Source: an uncultured bacterium (GTDB lineage: Bacteria; Abyssobacteria; SURF-5). From it: a DNA stretch of 18,659 nucleotides. The stretch's first letter is position 1. Each line of letters begins with the position of its first letter. A program made the position numbers and the translations under genes. This document shows positions 1 through 8,114 of this stretch, piece after piece. The stretch spans positions 1 to 18,659 of the forward strand of contig CAZEBC010000036.1 of NCBI GenBank assembly GCA_964510165.1. The letters run 5' to 3'. The notes below the pieces were generated by a model that saw only the letters and a program-made list of their open reading frames with translations, had not been told where the DNA came from and searched no databases.

Positions 1-6
1 AACGTG

Positions 7-35
7 TTGACGCAATTGAGCTTAGCATGTACAAT
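7..35 (+). promoter_or_regulatory. sigma70-type promoter upstream of RraA-family gene
   Basis: TTGACG (7-12), 17-bp spacer, TACAAT (30-35); each hexamer 5/6 to consensus; about 145 nt upstream of the ATG at 180. Confidence 0.7.
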
Positions 36-179
36 GCGAAGCATGATTTGTGCCATTCGCACGCTTTCAGCGGCATTTCCGCATGCAATTTTGCGAACAA
101 ATGCGCGCCAAATCAGGGAACGGTCTTACAAGGAGTCTTGAGACAGTTGGAGCAACGACAAAAGTTAAGGAGGTCCGAC

Positions 180-860
180 ATGCCAGGCCCGCTCTCACGC
201 GAACAGATACAGGAACTGCGAAAGATCACCACCCCCACAATCGCAAACGCAATCGAAACGTTCGATATCCGCCCGCGAAACGAGGGATTCATGGACCCCA
301 GCGTGAAATGCGTCTTTCCCGAACTTGGCCCGATGGTCGGCTACGCCGCAACCTGCACCATGATCGCCAGCCGGCCCGCCAGCGTCGAAGAAAAGGGCCT
401 GAACGAGGAGATGTGGCGGCACATACTCTCCATTCCGGCCCCAAGGGTGATTGTCGTGCAGGACCTTGACGACCCGCCGGCCATAGGCGCGATGTGGGGA
501 GAAGTCAACGGCACGATCCACAAGGCGCTCGGCTGCGCGGGCGTGGTGACCAACGGCGGCGTGAGGGACCTGGACGAGGTCCGCGCGATGGGCTTCCATT
601 TCTTCGCGGGGCACGTCATCCCCTCGCACGCCTACGAACACATAGTCGAGGTCGGCACATCGGTCAGGGTCGGCGGATTGATCATTCGTCCGGGCGATTT
701 GCTGCACGCAGACCAGCACGGCGTCGTCATGATACCGCATGAGATAGCTGCCGACGTGGCCGCACGCGCCCACGAGGTCGAACAGAACGAGCGAAACATC
801 ATCAATTTCTTTCGCTCACCCGACTTCTCACCCGAGCGCTTCGTGCAGGCGAAGCACTAA
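180..860 (+). CDS. RraA family protein (HMG/CHA aldolase-like, RraA-like fold)
   Basis: Motifs TPTIANAIE, GPMVGYAAT, VVQD...AMWGEV, GVVTNGGVRDLDE, GDLLHADQHGVV. Start moved from 27 to ATG 180 because of the AAGGAGG Shine-Dalgarno just upstream and the promoter overlapping the longer ORF start. Confidence 0.88.
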   Translation: MPGPLSREQIQELRKITTPTIANAIETFDIRPRNEGFMDPSVKCVFPELGPMVGYAATCTMIASRPASVEEKGLNEEMWRHILSIPAPRVIVVQDLDDPPAIGAMWGEVNGTIHKALGCAGVVTNGGVRDLDEVRAMGFHFFAGHVIPSHAYEHIVEVGTSVRVGGLIIRPGDLLHADQHGVVMIPHEIAADVAARAHEVEQNERNIINFFRSPDFSPERFVQAKH

Positions 861-884
861 GACAGGCCTTCAAAGGATTCTCTG

Positions 885-2663
885 CTACCGGATGCGTCGC
901 CAAGACCGTTCCTGCTGCGCCTCTATCCTTGCCCATACGTCTCTCAGCGTGTTTACGCCTTCATCCGGAATTTGATGGGTGGAGTACTCAGCGAGCATGA
1001 ACATCCTGAGGAGCGCGGCGGCCTCGGGTGCGCGGAACTCCGCCGGCAGCGAGTTCAGGAATTCCGCCGGCGTCTGCCCACTCTGGGGCGTGTGCCCGTG
1101 CACATGCGCATAATTCTCGAATGCGCGGTAGGTGTATCTGACGAGTTCGGCCTTCGACATCCGCTGCAAGAGCTGCGGACTCGTGAACGGGTTCTCCAGA
1201 TACAAGTTCGCCTCCTCCAGGATGGCCTTCAATTTCTTTTTGGGCAGCCGACGACTCGGCATGGGCTTGAGAAGGCTTCGGAACCTTTCGAGAAAGCGCC
1301 TCCACCTCTCCGACCATCCCGCCGCCAGGTTGCCTTTCCCGGCGACGGAAATTAGTTTGAACAGCCCGACGAACAGAAAGAGCGTGAACAAAACAACGAA
1401 AAGCATTCTGCCCACTATCGCGAGACCCCGGAGAGGCGGACTGGGCGCGGGCGGACGCCTGAACTCTCGTGGAGATGCCGGTTCGGGTTGTCGCGGTGGC
1501 GGTGCGGATGATTTCCCCTGTCCGCCCTGGCTCGCGCCTCCCTGAGCGGCTTCGCCCTGATCCGAGCCGCCGGAGCCTTCCGGCTTGTTGTCCTTCGACT
1601 CCCCGCCTCCCTCTTCCTTTCCTTCGGTCTCCTTGTTTATCTCTTGCATCTCTTCTTCTTCCTTGCGGAAGGATGCCTCGATCTCTTTTGTCATACCCGC
1701 CCAGGTGTCTTTGCGCCCTCGGTATTTCCTGGGTTCACCGGGCTTGGAGGGGACACCCGAGAATTCCGGCTCCGCAGCGCTGAACAGGTATTCGGGAACC
1801 GGCCGCGGCAAAGCGCTCGCAAATGCGAGCACCGTCAATATCAGTGCTGCGCCCGTTGTGCTCCAGAACCAGCCGACATGCGAGGGAACGACCGCCTTCT
1901 TCTTCGAACATTGGAGCCTCACCGACGACAGCGTTATCAACAACAGCAGTCCAAGGGCGCAGGCGAGATTTCCAAGCAGGCAGTGGAACGCTTTTGAATA
2001 CAGCCGCCAGTCCTCGGCAGGCAGCAGCCTTTGTCCCACGGCAAAGACCGCCATCGAGAAAAGCGAGAAATATATCACCCATCTGCCGGGATGTTGTTCG
2101 GGAAAGGTGTCTTCGATGGGCGCAGCCTTTTCCTGTCGCTGCCCCTTCTTTCTCTGCGCCTCCTCTTCCATCTGCTCTGCACGGTACCAATCCTGCCTCG
2201 CCCTTATCTCTGCCTTTAGCGTGAGCGGACTCTTCTTTTTCTCATGTTTTCTTTCGATATCGAGGCACGATTCGCGGCATATCTTGTAGGACGCAAGGCC
2301 GATGACCGCCACAATCACAAGGTTCCCCAAGAAACCCTCGCCCGCGTTCGCGCCGCCCACAATTGATCCGAACCGTGCGCTGAAACTGAGCGCAAACAGC
2401 GCCATCACCAGCACGAGCGCGACGCTGTAAGAAGCGCCCTTTTCATATTCGCCATAAAGCCCGATCAACCTGTTCGCCATTACCGTCCCCATCACATATA
2501 GGAAAAACACGCGGATGAGCGTTTCCTCCTGGCCGGGATAGAAGACGGCCTTGATGGTGATGGCAAACGCCACCAGGCTCCAAATCAGCCCGATAATCAG
2601 GACCGGAATCGCGGCCTCGACGGCAATGTCAGTAATAGACGTCTTGCGTGGCGAATTTCTCAA
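885..2663 (-). CDS. Multi-pass membrane protein with C-terminal DUF4129-like domain
   Basis: 592 aa with many hydrophobic segments, a charged G/S/Q/P-rich linker, one further TM, and a C-terminal YTYRAFE...QTPAEF...AEYS pattern typical of DUF4129. Third gene of a MoxR-DUF58 operon; TTG start overlaps the DUF58 3' end by 35 bp, start uncertain. Confidence 0.72.
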   Translation of the reverse strand: MRNSPRKTSITDIAVEAAIPVLIIGLIWSLVAFAITIKAVFYPGQEETLIRVFFLYVMGTVMANRLIGLYGEYEKGASYSVALVLVMALFALSFSARFGSIVGGANAGEGFLGNLVIVAVIGLASYKICRESCLDIERKHEKKKSPLTLKAEIRARQDWYRAEQMEEEAQRKKGQRQEKAAPIEDTFPEQHPGRWVIYFSLFSMAVFAVGQRLLPAEDWRLYSKAFHCLLGNLACALGLLLLITLSSVRLQCSKKKAVVPSHVGWFWSTTGAALILTVLAFASALPRPVPEYLFSAAEPEFSGVPSKPGEPRKYRGRKDTWAGMTKEIEASFRKEEEEMQEINKETEGKEEGGGESKDNKPEGSGGSDQGEAAQGGASQGGQGKSSAPPPRQPEPASPREFRRPPAPSPPLRGLAIVGRMLFVVLFTLFLFVGLFKLISVAGKGNLAAGWSERWRRFLERFRSLLKPMPSRRLPKKKLKAILEEANLYLENPFTSPQLLQRMSKAELVRYTYRAFENYAHVHGHTPQSGQTPAEFLNSLPAEFRAPEAAALLRMFMLAEYSTHQIPDEGVNTLRDVWARIEAQQERSWRRIR

Positions 2664-3957
2664 CGTCGGCGATGCCCCTTATGTGGTAAACGTCAATATA
2701 CCGCGAGGCCATCTTGTCCACGGCCTCGAAATAGCCCGGCTCGTTCTCGATAATAAACAGGCTGACCAGATAACCGGCCTCTTTCAGGATGCCGAGCGAA
2801 AGCGCGAGCGAATCGCTGAGTTCCGGCGCGACAACCAGCGTGGCCGAATCCCTGCCAAGCCGCTGGATCGAATATTCGAGCGCTTTATCGATGGTCAGGC
2901 CGTCGGTGTAATCGAGCCGCGCCAGCGTCTCAAGCATAAGCCGCCCCTGCTCCGCGCCCTTGCGCGTGGGAATTATCAGCGGCGCGAGCGAGCGTGGTTT
3001 TTCTACCGCTCTCGCAGTTGAGATTATCTTGTTCCGCGCCTTCCCCAGCAGAGGCTGAGCCTCGTACCTCGCTACTTCCGCGAGGTCGCGCCCGTTGGTG
3101 ACAAGGCCCACCTGCTCATTCGCACCCGCGATATAATCGGCGAGCGAGGCGACCGTCGTGATGGCAAGTTCCCCGCGCTCATGCCCGTGCTGGCCCTTGT
3201 ATCCGCTTCTGTGAAAGTCGAGGACGAACGTTGCCCCGATCACTTTTGACGGATCATAAACCTTGCTGTAGAGCGTGCCCGTGCGCGCCGTCGTCTTCCA
3301 GTGGATTCGGTTGAACGGGTCGCCCGGCGCGTATTCCCTCACGCCGATGATCTTGGTCGGATCTTCGAAAATCTTGTTCGTGACCTTGACGGTCCCCATC
3401 GGACGCCTCGCCGCGATATCGAATTCCATGATGTGCTCGAGAGCCGGAAACACGGTCACGTAATCCGCGGCGGCCAGCGCCTTGTATCGCCTGAAGAATC
3501 CGAACAGGTCGCCCGCCTCGATCAGGGAGGGCCCTATCTGATGATAGCCCCTGCGATTGAGCACCACCTGATAGACCATTTTCTCTTTCTTATGAGGACC
3601 AAGAGTGAATAACCGCGCCCGCTCGCCGGTGGCCGGCATCTTCTCGGGCAGCAGTTCCTCGACGAGCACCCACGGGACGGGCAGCCCCCCCTTATTCCTT
3701 ACCGTGAGCGTCACCTCAACCTTGCCGCCGATGGTTGTCTCGGTCCGGCTCAACACGCGCTCGACGTCGAGTCCCCTCAGGCAAATCTCTATCATCAGTC
3801 GCGAGAGTATCATTACCCATAGGACCGCATAGAGCGAATACACCACGAAGCCCGACGCGCTCGCATGAGCCAGGATGAGTAGGGCCACCGTCCCGACAAT
3901 CCACTTCAGGTTCGAGATGGCCCGCCGGTTGTCCCTTTTCCCGCTCACCGCGTTCAC
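2629..3957 (-). CDS. DUF58 domain-containing protein (VWA-like MoxR partner) with N-terminal TM segments
   Basis: GVREYAPGDPFNRIHWKTTARTG signature, RRGYHQIGP and GDLFGFF motifs. GTG at 3957 overlaps the MoxR stop (GTGA) with GGAGG upstream, so preferred over 3975. Confidence 0.9.
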   Translation of the reverse strand: MNAVSGKRDNRRAISNLKWIVGTVALLILAHASASGFVVYSLYAVLWVMILSRLMIEICLRGLDVERVLSRTETTIGGKVEVTLTVRNKGGLPVPWVLVEELLPEKMPATGERARLFTLGPHKKEKMVYQVVLNRRGYHQIGPSLIEAGDLFGFFRRYKALAAADYVTVFPALEHIMEFDIAARRPMGTVKVTNKIFEDPTKIIGVREYAPGDPFNRIHWKTTARTGTLYSKVYDPSKVIGATFVLDFHRSGYKGQHGHERGELAITTVASLADYIAGANEQVGLVTNGRDLAEVARYEAQPLLGKARNKIISTARAVEKPRSLAPLIIPTRKGAEQGRLMLETLARLDYTDGLTIDKALEYSIQRLGRDSATLVVAPELSDSLALSLGILKEAGYLVSLFIIENEPGYFEAVDKMASRYIDVYHIRGIADVEKFATQDVYY

Positions 3958-4919
3958 GCTTGTGTCGCCCTCCAACTCGTGCGGTCCACCGGAGCGGGAA
4001 CTGCCTGAAGAATCTGTTCGATAACGTTACGGGGAGTCCGGCGCTTCAGCCTGCTCTCCGGCTTCACGATCAGCCGATGGCTGAGTACGGGCGCGGCAAG
4101 CATCTTGATGTCATCCGGTATCACAAAATCCCTTCCCTCGAGAGCCGCAAACGCCTGGGCCGTGCGAAAGAGGTTCAGGGAACCCCTCGGGCTTGCCCCG
4201 AGCGCGAGGTCTGCATGGCTCCGCGTTGCTTGAACTATCTTGAGGAGATAATCCCGTATCGTCGCGTGCACATACACCCGCTTGATCAACTCCTGCATCG
4301 CCGTAAGTTCCTCCGCCGAGCTCACCCGCTCGAGCGAATGGATCGGATGGCGCTCGCGCTGCTGTTCCAGAATGACCTTCTCCTGCTCGATGGAAGGATA
4401 GCCCACCGATATCTTCATGAGAAACCGATCAAGCTGCGCCTCAGGCAGCGGGAACGTGCCCTCATGCTCCACCGGGTTCTGCGTCGCCACCACCATGAAC
4501 GGCCGGCTCATAGGCCGCGTTACACCGTCCACCGTCACCTGCTTCTCCGCCATCGCCTCCAGCAACGCCGACTGCGTGCGCGGCGTCGCCCGATTGATTT
4601 CATCCGCGAGTATCAACTGCCCGAATATCGGGCCGGGATGAAACTCGAACTCCGCCGTCTTCTGATTAAAGATAGTGACGCCGGTAACGTCGGTCGGCAG
4701 GAGGTCAGGCGTGCATTGGATGCGCATGAACTTGCAGCCGAGCGAGATGGCCAGCGAGTTGACGAGCATCGTCTTCGCCACTCCTGGCACATCCTCAATC
4801 AACACGTGCCCGTCGCACAGCGCGGCAACCGTGAGCAGCTTCACTGCGCCCGTCTTGCCCACGATCACCTTTTCGATGTTGCCGATGACTTTCTCCGTAA
4901 ACTGCGCAAGAGATGGCAT
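3954..4919 (-). CDS. moxR: MoxR family AAA+ ATPase
   Basis: GHVLIEDVPGVAKT Walker A, RIQCTPDLLPTDVTG, ILADEINRATPRTQSALLEAM Walker B, ATQNPVEHEGTFPLPEAQLDRF, GASPRG. Confidence 0.95.
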   Translation of the reverse strand: MPSLAQFTEKVIGNIEKVIVGKTGAVKLLTVAALCDGHVLIEDVPGVAKTMLVNSLAISLGCKFMRIQCTPDLLPTDVTGVTIFNQKTAEFEFHPGPIFGQLILADEINRATPRTQSALLEAMAEKQVTVDGVTRPMSRPFMVVATQNPVEHEGTFPLPEAQLDRFLMKISVGYPSIEQEKVILEQQRERHPIHSLERVSSAEELTAMQELIKRVYVHATIRDYLLKIVQATRSHADLALGASPRGSLNLFRTAQAFAALEGRDFVIPDDIKMLAAPVLSHRLIVKPESRLKRRTPRNVIEQILQAVPAPVDRTSWRATQA

Positions 4920-4958
4920 GTCCGTCCCCTCTGTACTCTCGATTCAGCTGCAAAACCA

Positions 4959-5020
4959 GATTGGTGGGGCCGAATGAATTCGGCCAATCTCAATGTGCGA
5001 ATGAATTCGCACCTACCATC
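4959..5020. repeat. Inverted doublet of GTAG/GTGG-tagged REP-like palindromes
   Basis: GTGG-ggccgaat-ga-attcggcc (4964-4985, +) and gtgcgaat-ga-attcgcac-CTAC (4995-5016; GTAG tag on the minus strand); both have perfect 8-bp arms; the outer flanks are also complementary. Confidence 0.75.
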
Positions 5021-5068
5021 AATGATGGAAGATGCGATCGCAGAATCTTGCAGCGGAATCTACTCTCG

Positions 5069-5115
5069 ACCCCTCACCCCAACCCTCCCCTCAGGGAGAG
5101 GGCAGGGTGAGGGGT
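5069..5115. repeat. CCCTCACCC/GGGAGAGGG-type palindromic repeat
   Basis: acccctcaccc (5069-5079) pairs with gggtgaggggt (5105-5115), enclosing ccctcccc-tca-gggagaggg; immediately 3' of the SDR stop. Confidence 0.75.
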
Positions 5116-5123
5116 GCGTCCGT

Positions 5124-5939
5124 TCAATCCTCCGTCCTTATATCATGAAACTTCTTCATTTGCCTTGACCATATCCACATGCACAATTCCGGACTCATCC
5201 TTTGTATCAGCCACATGACCCGCGCCAGCGGGGTGACTGTAATGGTCGCTTTGTTGCGTTCCACCCCGCGCAAAATCACACGCGCGCATTCCTCCGGAGG
5301 CAGCAGCTTGCCCGCAACGGCAAGCATCTTCTCGCGGTCGAGCTTCAATACCTTGCTGTTTTTCATCGGAGTGTCTATCAGGCCGGGACACACCACGCTC
5401 ACCTTCACCCCGAATTGCGCGCCCTCAACCCTCAGCGCGTTAGAGAGTCCCACAACGCCGTACTTGCTCGCGACGTAGGAGATCAGGCCCGGCGCCGGGA
5501 CCAATCCCGCGAGAGAAGCCGTGTTCACGATGTGGCCAAACCCCTGCTTGAGCATCACGGGATAAGCCGCAGCGACTCCATTGACGACCCCATAGAGATT
5601 TGTATCAATGACCTTGTGCCAATCTTCGAATGAGAAGTCCTGAGCCTCGCCAAACACCGCAACGCCCGCATTATTGAATATGTAATCCAGCCGCCCTGCT
5701 TCGGCGACCGTCTCCTCGATCAGCTTCTTGACCGCCGCCGCATCCGTCACGTCCACCACTACGGGCTTCGTCCGATGACCGGCGGCCGAGAGCGCTCGGG
5801 CGGTCTTCGCCAGCAGTCCGGCGTTCAAGTCCGCCATCACCACAAATGCCCCGCGCCTCGCCAGTTCCCCGCTGACCGCGCGGCCGATTCCGGATGCTGC
5901 GCCGGTAACGATTGAAGCTTTCTTCGCAAAGACCTCCAT
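5124..5939 (-). CDS. SDR family NAD(P)-dependent oxidoreductase
   Basis: TGAASGIG nucleotide-binding motif, NNAG, GHIVNTAS, catalytic YVASK, CPGLIDT; GAGGGG Shine-Dalgarno upstream. Confidence 0.94.
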   Translation of the reverse strand: MEVFAKKASIVTGAASGIGRAVSGELARRGAFVVMADLNAGLLAKTARALSAAGHRTKPVVVDVTDAAAVKKLIEETVAEAGRLDYIFNNAGVAVFGEAQDFSFEDWHKVIDTNLYGVVNGVAAAYPVMLKQGFGHIVNTASLAGLVPAPGLISYVASKYGVVGLSNALRVEGAQFGVKVSVVCPGLIDTPMKNSKVLKLDREKMLAVAGKLLPPEECARVILRGVERNKATITVTPLARVMWLIQRMSPELCMWIWSRQMKKFHDIRTED

Positions 5940-6014
5940 GATTATCCCCTCTCATCTTTCTGCGCTCCTGAGTCTCACAACAGCCCGAACGCCGTCTTCC
6001 GTCACTCGACAACC

Positions 6015-6044
6015 ATAATACTCTCAATACCTTCTGTCTTTCAA
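6015..6044 (-). promoter_or_regulatory. Possible sigma70 promoter for SDR (and perhaps the moxR operon)
   Basis: Minus strand TTGAAA (6044-6039), 18-bp spacer, TATTAT (6020-6015). Confidence 0.5.
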
Positions 6045-6153
6045 GCGTCCATTCAGTTTCGAGGCGAATTTGCGTGGTCGGACGGCTCATTCTTCAGGCG
6101 GGGATCAGCCCGTCGGACATAGCGCTCTACAAGACCGGCCCCTTCACCAATTC

Positions 6154-6182
6154 TTGACTCGATGGGGAGCAGATTGTATAAT
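6154..6182 (+). promoter_or_regulatory. sigma70 promoter for the ABC transporter operon
   Basis: TTGACT (6154-6159), 17-bp spacer, TATAAT (6177-6182). Confidence 0.8.
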
Positions 6183-6351
6183 AATGTGTTTGAGTAAGAA
6201 CTTACGGCGCGCCTCGTCGTTGCCCCTCACAAGCCGGCGTTTCGCGCCTATTCCAAATTGTCGAACATGTTCGCGCTCGTTCGATGATAGTGAGCGGAGT
6301 CTTGAACTGTAACAGTCCATAAGCAAGAGTTTCAAATGGGGTGAATGGCTT

Positions 6352-7314
6352 ATGCCGCCTGCCATCGAAATCAATAATCTCACAAAAACGTACCGGTCGC
6401 TCTTCGGACTGCGAAAAGTGACCGCCGTGGATGACCTCACGCTCCACGTCGAGGAGGGCGAGGTCTTCGGGTTCCTGGGTCCTAACGGCGCAGGCAAGAC
6501 GACGACCATCAAGATACTTCTCGGGATTTTGTATCCGACGGCAGGCGAATGCAAGCTATTCGGCGAGCGGTTCACTTCCAACAGCACGTTTGCCCCGGAA
6601 ACCGCGAACAGCAAGCTGAAAACGCGTATCGGGTACCTGCCAGAAGGTCCCTATTTCCATGAGTTTCTGACCGGCAGAGAGGTGCTTGCATTTTACGGCA
6701 AACTGTACGGTCTGCGCGGAGCGGATTTGAAGAAGCGAATCGGTGACGCCCTCGAGCTGGTAGGCATTGAGTACGCCGCGGAACGCCTTGTACAGCATTA
6801 CTCGAAGGGAATGCGCCAACGCATCGGCTTGGCGCAGGCGTTGCTCAGCGATCCCAAACTCCTCATCCTCGACGAGCCGACAGTGGGTCTTGACCCCATC
6901 GCTCGCCGCGAGATCAGGGACCTCATGATAAAGCTGCGCAACATGGGCAAGACCCTCTTTGTCTGTTCGCACGAACTGAGCGAGATAGAGATGGTCTGCA
7001 CCAAGGTCGGCATCGTCAACCGCGGCAAACTCATCAAGCACGGCCGCCTGATCGACCTCATTCTGAAGGATCGCGCGGTCCAAATAGACGTCTCATCGTT
7101 GAGCGAGGATGCAGAGAGGAAACTTTCCGCGTTGAACTGCACGATGGCGAAGGGCGAGACCGGTCTGCTGACAATCAATCTTCCCGATAGCCTGAGACTC
7201 TATGATGTTCTTGACACCCTGAAAATGTGCTCAGTTGAGATTATTGAGGTCAGACCCCGAAAGGAGTCTCTCGAAGACCTCTTCATTCGGTCAGTCAAGG
7301 AGGAAGTCGCGTGA
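6352..7314 (+). CDS. ABC transporter ATP-binding protein (ABC-2/exporter type)
   Basis: Walker A GPNGAGKTT, signature YSKGMRQR, Walker B LLILDEPT, H-loop CSHELSE, C-terminal SLEDLF. Confidence 0.95.
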   Translation: MPPAIEINNLTKTYRSLFGLRKVTAVDDLTLHVEEGEVFGFLGPNGAGKTTTIKILLGILYPTAGECKLFGERFTSNSTFAPETANSKLKTRIGYLPEGPYFHEFLTGREVLAFYGKLYGLRGADLKKRIGDALELVGIEYAAERLVQHYSKGMRQRIGLAQALLSDPKLLILDEPTVGLDPIARREIRDLMIKLRNMGKTLFVCSHELSEIEMVCTKVGIVNRGKLIKHGRLIDLILKDRAVQIDVSSLSEDAERKLSALNCTMAKGETGLLTINLPDSLRLYDVLDTLKMCSVEIIEVRPRKESLEDLFIRSVKEEVA

Positions 7315-8111
7315 ATTCGTTAGTGATAGGCGTCAATGCGTACCGCGAGTCGCTCAGGAGGAAGACCTTGGTGGCGTTCCTCCTGTTCGCGCTGCTCGTG
7401 ATATCCAGTTCGACTTTCCTCACCGTCCTTTCGCCCGGCGAGGAAATCAAGATGGTCAAGGACGTGTGCCTCAGCAGCATCTCGTTCTTCGGGATGCTGA
7501 TATCGGTCTTTGCGGCGGGCGTCATGGTTCCCGCCGAAACCGACAATCGCACCATCCATACCGTGCTCTCCAAACCCATGAAACGGGCAACGTATCTGTG
7601 GGGCAAATATCTGGGAGCGCAGATGACGATTCTGCTCAACATCCTGCTGATGTCGGCGCTGTTCCTCGTCATCCTGTTCCTTCAATCCAGACGCTACCCC
7701 GATGAGGCCACGGCGTCATCGTTCGGCCTGACCTCGCTGGTAACCTCCAAGGCGATGCTGCTCGTATATTTCGAACTGCTGGTGCTGTCGGCGTTGGCGC
7801 TGGCCGTTTCCACCCTCTCGACCTCAGCAACCCTGCCTGTCATCGCCGGGATATTCATTTACATTGTCGGCCATTCGGTGAACTATCTGAAAAACCTGAG
7901 CGAGCATGCAGCCTCCGAGATGATCGGCAAGATCATCGGCGTGTTCTATCTGGTGCTGCCCAACTTCAGCAACTTCTACCTCAGAAATCAATTGATACAC
8001 AATGACCCCTACGTCCCGCAAGGGATTTGGAAGCTGTTCATCTATGCCTTTCTGTACGCGGGCACCGGACTCGTCGTCGCGTATCTATTGTTCCGAAAAA
8101 AGGATATGTAG
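7311..8111 (+). CDS. ABC transporter permease (ABC-2 family)
   Basis: About six hydrophobic segments; YRESLRRK N-terminus, ETDNRTIHTVLSKP...YLWGKYLG, VLPNFSNF and C-terminal FRKKDM; GTGA overlap with the ATPase stop and AAGGAGG upstream. Confidence 0.9.
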   Translation: MNSLVIGVNAYRESLRRKTLVAFLLFALLVISSSTFLTVLSPGEEIKMVKDVCLSSISFFGMLISVFAAGVMVPAETDNRTIHTVLSKPMKRATYLWGKYLGAQMTILLNILLMSALFLVILFLQSRRYPDEATASSFGLTSLVTSKAMLLVYFELLVLSALALAVSTLSTSATLPVIAGIFIYIVGHSVNYLKNLSEHAASEMIGKIIGVFYLVLPNFSNFYLRNQLIHNDPYVPQGIWKLFIYAFLYAGTGLVVAYLLFRKKDM

Positions 8112-8114
8112 GCC

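Noticed and set aside
27..179. 51-aa N-terminal extension of the RraA ORF
   Set aside because: Overlaps a good promoter, lacks family-like sequence, and a strong Shine-Dalgarno precedes ATG 180.
3960..5168. 402-aa plus-strand ORF
   Set aside because: Antisense shadow of moxR; Arg-rich, no motifs.
6074..6130. Possible further REP-like inverted pair ending in CTCTAC
   Set aside because: Pairing is short and mismatched; cannot be separated from chance in GC-rich DNA.
6262..6273. LexA SOS box of the GAAC-N4-GTTC type
   Set aside because: Spacer is 2 nt, not 4, and the downstream genes are not SOS-type.
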